Assembly: GCA_016926575.1 (NCBI GenBank)
Contig: JAFGOJ010000454.1
Location: 1 to 42,868 of the forward strand
Direction of reading: 5' to 3'
Length of the DNA stretch: 42,868 nucleotides
From: Anaerolineae bacterium
GTDB lineage: Bacteria > Chloroflexota > Anaerolineae > B4-G1 > DUEL01
In this document: positions 8,051-16,500 of the stretch, piece by piece
Numbering within the stretch: the stretch's first letter is position 1
Layout of the letters: each line of letters opens with the position of its first letter
Translations under genes and position numbers: made by a program
The notes under the pieces: generated by a model
What the model was told of the DNA's origin: nothing
Seen by the model: the letters and a program-made list of their open reading frames with translations, nothing else
Database searches by the model: none

Positions 8051-11000
8051 ATGAATACCGGACCTTTGCGCAACCCGACGTCTACCCTGCTTGTCATGGC
8101 GCTCTGCCTGACCCCTGGCATGGCGCATTCCGCAACGCAGGACGACTTGGCAGAGGGTGTCATAGAACGAATTTCCACTGCGGATATGACGCCCGACGGA
8201 TGCTATATCGAATCTCCATCGACCCTGTTGGCAAACGATCCACCCCCGATCGGGAATGACATTTTCGTGCGCGACCGCGACACGGACGGCAATGGCGTAT
8301 GCGATGAGCGCGGCGGCATCCGCACGACGCGTATCAGCCTGGGCGCCAGCGGCACCGAGCCGAACGATCTCATCCTGACCCCAGCCCCGCCAGCCGACGC
8401 GGACGCTGCCTCCCGTGGAGGGGCCTGGCCGCACAGCGGCCTTGTCGCCCCAGTGCTCCGGTCACCCAACTGGGTCGTGCTCTACGCCGCGCCAACCGCT
8501 CAGGGCAGCGGCGACTGCTCCAGTTGGGCGAACGCCTGCACCCTGCAGACCGCGCTGGGCAATGCTGCCAGCGACGACGAGATCTGGGTGCAGGCCGGTG
8601 TCCACAAGCCCACCGTCACCACCGACCGCACGATTTCCTTTACCCTCGACAGCGGCGCGTACATCTTTGGCGGTTTTGATGGCACGGAGACGAGCCTCGA
8701 CCAGCGCGATTGGCAGGCCAACGTGACGATACTCAGCGGCGACATCGACAACAACGACGTCAACACAGACGGCAACTTTATCGCCGAAACCCCGGCAGAT
8801 ATCCAGGGCAATAACAGCTACCACGTCCTGTTCACCGACACTGCGGCAGGGGGCACCGTGCTGGACGGCTTTGTCATCACCGCCGGGCAGGCCAACGGCG
8901 CCGCGAACACGGATGAAACACGCGGCGGGGGGATGTACAACCACGACAATAACCTGTGGCTGGAGAACCTCATCTTCAGCGGCAACACGGCGACTCAGTA
9001 CGGCGGTGGGATGTACAACGCGAGCACCGACTATCTGTGGCTGATGAACATCACCTTCAGTGGCAACACCGTGACAGGCAGTGGCGGTGGCGGCGGGATG
9101 CACAACCGCTACAGCAGCCCTGTGCTGGCGGGCGTCACCTTCAGCAACAGCAGCGCATCCCAGTCCAGCATGGGCGGGGGACTGGATAACCAGTTCTCCA
9201 GCAGCCCGACGCTGACGGACGTCACGTTTGTCAACAACAGCGCGGGTTGGGGCGGCGGGATGTCCAATTACAGCAACTGCCACCCCGAGCTGACGAACGC
9301 GACCTTCAGCGGCAACTCTGCGACGGGCAGCAGTGGCGGCACCGGCGGCGGGATGAACAACGCCAATTCCAGCAACCCAACGCTGACGAACGTCGTGTTC
9401 AGCGGCAATTCCGCCACCAATACAGGCGGCGGGATGAGTAATTCGGTCAGTAGCAGCCCCGAGCTGACGAACGTGGTCTTTAGCGGCAACACCGTCACGA
9501 ACTGGCACGGCGGCGGGATGGCCAACTCGAGCGGCGACCCCGTGTTGACCAACGTCCTCTTCCTCGGCAACACGACGCGGGCCGGCGGCGGCGGGATGTA
9601 CAGTCAAGGCGACTGCGTACCCGACCTTATGAACGTCACGTTCTACGGCAACAGGGTAACCCTGGCGAGCGGGCAGGGCGGCGGGTTGTATAGCGATTAC
9701 GATAGCTACACGCTGCTGACCAACGTCATCATGTGGGGCGACATCGCCCCCGCCTCGCCGGAAATCTACAACGCCAACGGCGGCACTGCCGATATCGCCT
9801 ACAGCGACATCCAGGGCTGCGGCGGCTCGGGCAGTGGTTGGGTCAGCACCTGCGGCATAGACTATGACGGCAACATCGACGCCGACCCGCGCTTCTTGGA
9901 CGCCGCCGGCGGCAACCTGCGCCTGCAATGGAACTCGCCCGCCATCGACGCCGGGAGCAACGAATGGATGCCAGCAGGCCTCCTCACCGACCTGGACGAC
10001 AACCTGCGTTTCGTCGACGTTCCCACCGCGCCCGACACCGGCTCGGGCACGCCGCCGATCGTCGACATGGGCGCCTACGAGGCCCAGGTCAACGTGGCGA
10101 TCGCCAAGGCCGTCTCACCGCCAGCCATCGCGTTAGGCGAGACGATCACCTTCACGCTGATGATTTCCAACAGCGGCAGCATCACCGCCACCAACGTGGT
10201 CGTCACCGATACCCTGCCCGCTTTCTTGGCTGGGACGGCGTTCAGCTCGAGCGTTGCCATAACCAATACCGGCTACCTGACGCCCTACGTCTGGGCGGTG
10301 CAGGACCTGGCGCCGAGGCAGGGCGGGATCATCACCGTCAGTGGCGTGCTGACCGCGCTGTCGGCGGGCGGCATCTACACCAACACCGCGACCATCGCCG
10401 ACGACAACGACAGTTGGGCCGGCGACAATACGGCCAGCGTGACCTACACCGTCGTCGTGCCCAACGTGGCCCCGACCTTCACCAGCACGCCGGTCACTAC
10501 AGCTACAGAAGACACGCTCTATACCTACGCCGTTGCCACCCAAGACGCCAACGGCGACCCGCCGGCGATCACCGCGCCGACGCGACCAGGCTGGCTGGCG
10601 CTTGCGGACCACGGCGACGGCACGGCGACCCTCTCCGGCGCGCCGGCCAACGCCGACGTCGGCGATCATGCCGTCGTCCTGCGCGTCACCGACAGCGGGG
10701 GCCTGACCGATACCCAATCGTTCACCGTCACCGTGGCCAACGTCAACGACGCGCCCTTCTTCACCAGCGCGCCGGTCACTGCCGCCGCGCAGGGCGAGCC
10801 CTACACCACCACGCTCACCGCCAGCGATGCTGACCTCGTCCACGGCGACGCACTGACCCTCACTGCCCCCACGCTGCCGCACTGGCTCACGATCACCGAC
10901 CACGGCGACGGCACTGCCATGCTCTCCGGCACGCCGGCCAAAGCCGATATGGGCGACCATGACGTCATCCTGCGCGTCACCGACAGCGGCGGGTTATTCG

Positions 11001-11194
11001 CCGAGCAGGTCTTTGTCATCACCGTAAGCAGCGACTCTTACATCTACCTGCCGCTCGTCATGAGGGAAAACACGGCAGCACAACGACCATCAGCACGGCC
11101 AGCCGCCGTTTGGCCCTGGAAGAACGTGACCGCGCTGACCGCCGTCACCGAGGGCAGCGCATCGCCGCTTGCCGGCGTCGAGGGTCAGCAATGA
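8051..11194 (+). CDS. secreted Pmp-repeat right-handed beta-helix adhesin with DUF11 and two cadherin-like/He_PIG Ig domains
   Basis: Signal peptide MNTGPLRNPTSTLLVMALCLTPGMAHSA. About 10 repeats of the polymorphic-membrane-protein type (FSGN(S/T)A..GGGM.N) lie at roughly 8920-9740. A DUF11-like segment reads VNVAIAKAVSPPAIALGETITFTLMISNSGSITATNVVVTDTLP. Two ~95-aa units end in VANVNDAP and VITV (GWLALADHGDGTATLSGAPANADVGDHAVVLRVTDSGGL and its paralogue). SYIYLPLVMRE lies near the C-terminus. Confidence 0.85.
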   Translation: MNTGPLRNPTSTLLVMALCLTPGMAHSATQDDLAEGVIERISTADMTPDGCYIESPSTLLANDPPPIGNDIFVRDRDTDGNGVCDERGGIRTTRISLGASGTEPNDLILTPAPPADADAASRGGAWPHSGLVAPVLRSPNWVVLYAAPTAQGSGDCSSWANACTLQTALGNAASDDEIWVQAGVHKPTVTTDRTISFTLDSGAYIFGGFDGTETSLDQRDWQANVTILSGDIDNNDVNTDGNFIAETPADIQGNNSYHVLFTDTAAGGTVLDGFVITAGQANGAANTDETRGGGMYNHDNNLWLENLIFSGNTATQYGGGMYNASTDYLWLMNITFSGNTVTGSGGGGGMHNRYSSPVLAGVTFSNSSASQSSMGGGLDNQFSSSPTLTDVTFVNNSAGWGGGMSNYSNCHPELTNATFSGNSATGSSGGTGGGMNNANSSNPTLTNVVFSGNSATNTGGGMSNSVSSSPELTNVVFSGNTVTNWHGGGMANSSGDPVLTNVLFLGNTTRAGGGGMYSQGDCVPDLMNVTFYGNRVTLASGQGGGLYSDYDSYTLLTNVIMWGDIAPASPEIYNANGGTADIAYSDIQGCGGSGSGWVSTCGIDYDGNIDADPRFLDAAGGNLRLQWNSPAIDAGSNEWMPAGLLTDLDDNLRFVDVPTAPDTGSGTPPIVDMGAYEAQVNVAIAKAVSPPAIALGETITFTLMISNSGSITATNVVVTDTLPAFLAGTAFSSSVAITNTGYLTPYVWAVQDLAPRQGGIITVSGVLTALSAGGIYTNTATIADDNDSWAGDNTASVTYTVVVPNVAPTFTSTPVTTATEDTLYTYAVATQDANGDPPAITAPTRPGWLALADHGDGTATLSGAPANADVGDHAVVLRVTDSGGLTDTQSFTVTVANVNDAPFFTSAPVTAAAQGEPYTTTLTASDADLVHGDALTLTAPTLPHWLTITDHGDGTAMLSGTPAKADMGDHDVILRVTDSGGLFAEQVFVITVSSDSYIYLPLVMRENTAAQRPSARPAAVWPWKNVTALTAVTEGSASPLAGVEGQQ

Positions 11195-11363
11195 CCGGCA
11201 CGGGGCCTTCGGCTGCCGCGCGGATCGACGAGGGCAAAGCCCTCGAGCTCATGGGCGGCGACGAGGGAGAAGCCTTCATTCCGAGTATGGCTGCTACGAC
11301 ACGGCGATGTTTGCCTGCAGCGTGCAGGTGGTTGGGGCCTCGCCTGAGTGGCCGACGACGAAG

Positions 11364-11476
11364 AATGAGAACTCTGGCCTGCCACAACCAGTGGGGAGCG
11401 GAAGAACCCGGTCACCGACCGGCAGTGACGTGCAGCACCGGTATCGGCGAACCCATCACAAGGGGCGGACTAAGGC
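11364..11476 (-). repeat. R1a: 113-nt direct repeat (comM-downstream terminator-like module), left flank of the ATPase cassette
   Basis: Hand alignment with 12821-12933 gives 104/113 identical with no indels. It contains the hairpin CCGGTC-ggt-GACCGG (11408-11422), followed on the minus strand by GTTCTTTCGCTT. Confidence 0.8.
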
Positions 11477-11500
11477 GATGATTCACCGGGCGTTCTCCTG

Positions 11501-12787
11501 CTAGCCCACCAGCCATTCGACCATCGAACGGGTCTCGATTGTCAGACCGTTCTCCTCAACCGCCGGCGCATTGGCATCCGTCAGGATCAACCCGTGAGAT
11601 AGCCCGAGCCCGCGCAGCGCATCTGCCAACGCCCGCACCTCTCTTTCGCGGGTGGCTGGCTGATCCAGGTTCTGCGCTACCTGGATCAACTGGCGGCTCT
11701 CCGGTAAGTAGAAATCCACTTCGTAACCTGCTGGAGAAATGCAGTAATATACCGACTGGGCCTTTCGCCGCAGCGCCAGAAAGACCATGTTTTCCAGCAG
11801 TCTGCCCGTATTGGGAGAGAATGCAAACCCGACAGCATTGGAAAGACCCGTGTCTATGCAGTACATCTTCTTGGGCGCGATCTGCTGGCGCTTGACCGAG
11901 TAGTCGTACACGTTCACCGTGAAGACTAACCAGCTGTTCTCCAGGTATTCGATATAGTTCTTGATCGTATTCACACTGCCCAGGTGAAATTGCTCCTTGA
12001 GTTTGTTGAACGAGACCTGGCAGGCCGGATTGCTCATCAGGTAGAACGCCAGCTCTTTGAGCGCGCGCACCTCTTCGATATGATACCGGGTAGCGATGTC
12101 TCGATGCAGTATATCGTCGTACAGCGTGCGCAGCAGTGGCAGCTCGGGATACTTGAGCGGTTCCGGAATGCCGCCCAGGCGCAGGTACTCACCCAGGTAT
12201 TGTTGCAACCTGGCGCGCTCTACAGTCGTCGAACGGGCCATATCCGGAAGCACATAGCCGCGGAAACGCAGAAACTCGGTGAACGAGAAGGGCAGCAACT
12301 CGATCGGCACGTATCGTCCGGTCAACCGGCTGCCCAGCTCCCGGCTGAGCAGCGAAGCGTTCGAGCCGGTGATATAGAACTTGAAGCCCATATCCATGAA
12401 GCGGCGCACCAGATGCTCCCAACCGGGGACATTCTGAACCTCGTCCACTACAAAGACCTGCCGCTCGCCAAATACCTCTACCAGGAGTTGGTACACATCG
12501 TTGGCGTCCTCAGCCTGGAAACCCAGAAATCGGTCGTCCTCGAAATTTAGGTAGTAGAACCTGTCTTCGCCCAGCCGGTGCGCCAGTTGCGCCAGCAAGG
12601 TGGACTTGCCCACCCGCCGCAGCCCGGAGACGATAACCGCATGGGGCAGCAGCGCAGCCTGCTCGATCTCTGCCAATTGCGTGCGCTCGATGCCAATATC
12701 GCGCCGCCAGAAGGCCTGGAACTGCTCCAATAGCATCGCCTTGATCTGCTCTCTCGTCCAACGGGCTTTCCATAGGTTTTCATTCAT
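11501..12787 (-). CDS. AAA-family ATPase with C-terminal DUF4143 domain (AAA_14/DUF4143 family)
   Basis: Likely start MNENLWKARW at 12787; the ORF is open to 12844, but that stretch lies in promoter/repeat sequence. Walker A is VSGLRRVGKSTLL and Walker B is VFVVDEVQ. The C-terminal region has the GYEVDFYL...LIQV signature typical of DUF4143. The gene is visibly more AT-rich than its neighbours. Confidence 0.9.
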   Translation of the reverse strand: MNENLWKARWTREQIKAMLLEQFQAFWRRDIGIERTQLAEIEQAALLPHAVIVSGLRRVGKSTLLAQLAHRLGEDRFYYLNFEDDRFLGFQAEDANDVYQLLVEVFGERQVFVVDEVQNVPGWEHLVRRFMDMGFKFYITGSNASLLSRELGSRLTGRYVPIELLPFSFTEFLRFRGYVLPDMARSTTVERARLQQYLGEYLRLGGIPEPLKYPELPLLRTLYDDILHRDIATRYHIEEVRALKELAFYLMSNPACQVSFNKLKEQFHLGSVNTIKNYIEYLENSWLVFTVNVYDYSVKRQQIAPKKMYCIDTGLSNAVGFAFSPNTGRLLENMVFLALRRKAQSVYYCISPAGYEVDFYLPESRQLIQVAQNLDQPATREREVRALADALRGLGLSHGLILTDANAPAVEENGLTIETRSMVEWLVG

Positions 12788-12793
12788 AGTGCA

Positions 12794-12822
12794 ATTATAT
12801 ACCACATAGTTTGCATTGTCAA
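12794..12822 (-). promoter_or_regulatory. perfect-consensus sigma70 promoter (TTGACA-N17-TATAAT) giving a leaderless or near-leaderless ATPase mRNA
   Basis: Minus strand reads ttgaca (12822-12817), a 17-nt spacer and tataat (12799-12794), then 6 nt (tgcact) and the ATG at 12787. The predicted TSS therefore falls at or next to the A of the start codon. Confidence 0.65.
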
Positions 12823-12933
12823 TGAAAACTCCGGCCTGCCACAACCAGCGGGAAGCGAAAGAACCCGGTCACCGACCGGCAGTGACGCGCAGCACCCATA
12901 TCGGCGAACCCATCACAAGGGGCGGACTACGGC
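12821..12933 (-). repeat. R1b: 113-nt direct repeat, right flank of the ATPase cassette, directly abutting the comM 3' remnant
   Basis: See R1a. The hairpin CCGGTC-ggt-GACCGG lies at 12865-12879 with a T-rich run downstream on the minus strand. This fits the 3' UTR/terminator of a comM-like gene whose stop codon is at 12934-12936. Confidence 0.8.
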
Positions 12934-13122
12934 CTACCCCGCCCGCCTGGGCCGGTACTGAATGGCCTCGGCCAGGTGCGGGATCTCGATGCGGGCGCTC
13001 CACCCGCACTTGGTCTTCACGCGCAGCACTTCATGGAAGTCAATGTGGTCTGGGAATGGCCTTACTCGAATTGGAGTAAGCAAGACGATCACGGCTTCAG
13101 TCATCCCTCGGAAGCACCCCAT
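12934..13122 (-). pseudogene. Copy B: orphan 3'-terminal fragment of a comM/yifB-like gene
   Basis: 12941-13001 matches 35731-35791 at 58/61. It encodes ...SARIEIPHLAEAIQYRPRRAG*, versus ...SARIEIPHLAEAIQYRPRRAS* for the intact comM. Upstream of 13002 the two sequences diverge, and the 62-aa ORF has no ATPase body. Confidence 0.75.
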
Positions 13123-13145
13123 CTACCCCATTCGGTTGCCCGCGT

Positions 13146-13174
13146 TTGACAAGCCCATGCTTTCGACCTACAAT
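13146..13174 (+). promoter_or_regulatory. near-consensus sigma70-type promoter upstream of the giant gene (TTGACA-N17-TACAAT)
   Basis: ttgaca at 13146-13151, a 17-nt spacer (agcccatgctttcgacc), and tacaat at 13169-13174. It would give a leader of about 360 nt before the ATG at 13542. Confidence 0.5.
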
Positions 13175-13541
13175 AAGACCAGACCACCCGTGACGCCCAG
13201 GCTGTGAATTCGGACGGCCGCCAACCCCTCGCGAGCCTTCCCGACGACTAGGGACATGGTCTCGCGCAGCACTCGTTGCGCCTTCAGATATGTGTGGCAG
13301 GCTATTGGCTTCAAGCGAAATGGGCGAGATGCTTGAAACAGTACCCTGTCCCCTGTTGTCAAGGAACACCGATGTGCCACAAATGCAGCGCTCAATCCGT
13401 TTCTCTCTTGCAGCCCCGCCATATCCTCTGTTCTGACCTCTATCCATTACGGCTTCCCGGTTGTCACAGGTGTGCCGTCTGTGGACGCTGCCTGGGCTCG
13501 CGCAGAGCAGGCAGGCTTGGCCCGATGACAGGAGATGTCGC

Positions 13542-16500
13542 ATGAAACCCTCACTCAAGTACGGTCATTGGATTCTGGCGCTGAGCGTCACACTGCTCCT
13601 GGCTGGGGGCACGCTGGCACCCAGGGCTTTGCAGGCCGATGCTCCCTCGCCGGAGCAGGTAGTACAACGCGCCTGGCGACTGGCTCAGGAGGCCAACACA
13701 TACCGCTTCGCCACCGAGATCGTGCAGACGACGTACCCCGCCCCGACACTGGTCAATGTGGGCCGTTCCACCCGCGAAGCCACGCTCTACATGGAGGGGC
13801 AAGCCGACCTGCCTAACCGCACACTGCTCATGACGTTATGGCAGAACGGCGGCAGCGTACTGAACCCCAGCGATGGTATCCAAGTGCGTATCGAAGGCGA
13901 CCGCGCCTATGGCCGCCAGGCCGGTGGGCCATGGGAGGAGGTTGACGATTTCTCGGGCGCCTTTGCCCCAGCCAACGACCTGATGGCTTACCTGGCCGGC
14001 GCGCACGACATCCGCAAACTCGGCACGGAAACCATCCAGTCCCCGCCAGAAGCACAGACCGGGCAAGACAATGCTTCCTCTCACCTCGTCCCGCTGCCTC
14101 CCTCTCTCTCCTACACCCGCTACGCCTTCGAGGTAGACGGCCCCGCGTTTGCCCATCACCTGCGCGATCAGATGGAGCGCCACTTGCGCGAGAAGGGTGA
14201 ACTCCCGCTGGGCCTGACGCTCGACACCTCCGACGAGATGCGCGCGGTCACCGGCGCGGGCGAACTGTGGTTGGATAGCCGCGGCCTGCCGCTGCGCCTG
14301 ATCGTGCACCTGGTCTACCCCTCACGGGAGAATGGGGAGCGCGTCGAGGCCGACGTCAAGACCGACTTCTCCGGCTTCGTGCCGCTGGTCCAGGCTGCCA
14401 CCCCCGCGGCCCGGCTGGCGAGTGCCATGGGCCTGCCGCGCACGCCGCACGACTGGCTGCAGTTCGGGCAGCAGGGTGCGCTGGCAGTCGGCTCCTTGGG
14501 GTTGTTCATCGCGCTCATCGTCTATTCCCGCTCGAAGAAGGTGTACGTCGCGTTCGTCGTGACGATCATCATCTCGATGGTCATCGGGCCGTTGCTACAG
14601 AGCCAACAGGTAGCAGCTTTCTCCGAGCGTATGGCCGCCCAGCGCGCGGAACAGGAGCAGCGCCAGCAGGAACAAGAAAGCGCCGACCAGGTGCAAGAGG
14701 AGATGACCGCCTCGACCTGGGACCCGCACCGCAACCCATTAGCGAACCAACAAGTCGACGAATCAGCAAGCCAACAATCGGCCGACCCGCTTCCAATTCC
14801 CGATGTCCAACTTCCGACCTCCAACATCCAATCCCTGATCGCCGCTCTTCAACTGCAGGCGACGACGACCATCACCAACCCCACCGCCGACAATGATGGC
14901 GACACGCTGACCAACATTCAGGAACTGCGCCTGGGCACAACGCTGGGCGATACCGACTCCGACGGCGACGGGATCACCGATGGCGCCGAAGTGCGCGGCT
15001 TCCAGGGCACATTGGGCGACATGTGGTACCTCGATCCGCTCAACCCCGACAGCAACAACGATGGCCTGCCGGACACGCTAGAGTGCCCGCAGTTGCTACG
15101 CCCCTCGTTGAGCGCGCTCTCTCCATCCGGCGCCTGCCAGGACAAGGACCAGGATGGTGTCCCCGACGTCTTTGACATAGACAACGACGACGACGGCGTT
15201 CCCGACCAAGTGGACCTTTCGCCGTTCAGTGTGATGGGCAGCGCGAGCGCGCCATTCAACTACGATAACCCCTTCAGATTCGGCGCCAGTTACCTGCAGG
15301 CAAACAAGCCGGTGCTGGTTGACGTGCAGTTGCGCCCCCAGAACCCCGACCACCTGTCGTACGCGCTCAACGTGATGGATTGGCCGGCCGGGGACACGCA
15401 AGGCCAGGTGCAGCGCGTTCTCCATTCGACCTATGCCAGTCACATGACAGGCGAACAACTGGAATACGAGCCATCGGCCGCCAACGGCGATATGCGCCTG
15501 ATCCCCATGCTGGAGATCGAAATGACCGGCGCTACCATACCCCTGCCGCTGACCACCACGCTGGCGACCACCATCCAGTGGAGGAGCGACATCAGCGGCA
15601 CGGTCAAAGCACGCCAGTCGGGGCAGAACATATTCCTTGATTTCAGCAGTTGGCCGGGCCGTTCGGTGCGCTATTATTTCATCATCTACAACGGCCCCTG
15701 CGGCGCGCTGGGCAGCGAATGGTTCGGGCCGTTCTCCGTCGCCGCGGGCGATACGTCCTACACAATAGCCAACAGGGACCTGCTGGACGTCGCGGACGGC
15801 CAGCACGCCATCACGGTCTATGACAACGTGGCGGGGGAGAATCCTGTCTGTACGACGATCGATAACATCGTCAACGGTCCCTATACCGACAGGATGGTGG
15901 ACGCGGCGCCGCTGGAGGTCTATGGCGTCAGCGTGCGGGAGAAGGATGAGAACGGCACGCTGCTGGCCTACGTCCCGCTGAACATGGTCAATGACGATAC
16001 CGGCGGCGCACGGGCAGCCTTTGCAGGCCGCATGTTCTATCAACCCGGCAGCGGCGGCTGGGGCAACACCCAGAAGATGCGCCTGGTGTGGCTGGTGCAG
16101 ATGCTCACCGACTGGTGCGACACGGAAGGATTCACGCCGTCCAGCGACGAGAACGCCGACGAGGAGCTCACGGCGTGGTGTAGCGAGTCCACCCACCGCG
16201 TGGAGCGGACGCAAGTGGTGCACACCTACTACGAAGACTGGCGGCTGGCGGGCCTGGCCGTGCGCGAAGACCACGGCGCAGCGGTGGCCATCGCCCACGA
16301 GGACCCGACGACGGACCAGCATCCTGATAACGACGACTATCTGTGGATGCTGGCCAAGGGGCTGGAGGCCTCTTTCGTCACCGGGCGCAAGGGCACGGGC
16401 GGGCAGCGCGACATCACGCCGAGCGTGATCCGGCAACGTTTCGACCGTGTTGCTGGCTCCGGCACGGACGAGCAGCGCTGGGGTATTCCGCAGGACGCGC

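Noticed and set aside
11110-11504. The + strand ORFs 11110..11481 and 11169..11504 (and 12816..13079), which share the peptide ACHNQ..EPGHRPAVT..IGEPITRGGLR.
   Set aside because: The shared peptide is just the translation of the 113-nt R1 repeat. Substitutions between the copies are not biased to third positions, and the ORFs have no start context or motifs.
12880-12960. Resemblance of atcggcgaac ... ggggcgga ... ccgcccgcctgggcc to the ZTP (pfl) riboswitch conserved blocks (UGGCGAAC, CCGCCUGGGC).
   Set aside because: The 5' pseudoknot/P1-P2 elements (GGGUCGUGAC etc.) are not present. Part of the match lies inside the comM-derived coding remnant on the other strand. No purine or folate gene follows.
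13004-13541. Search for a tRNA/tmRNA gene or an integrase remnant next to the comM repeat at the left end of the giant-gene segment.
   Set aside because: No cloverleaf-compatible sequence or T-loop (GGTTCGAATCC-like) was seen. The ORFs here (13097..13558 on the minus strand, 13276..13545 on the plus strand) have no recombinase motifs.
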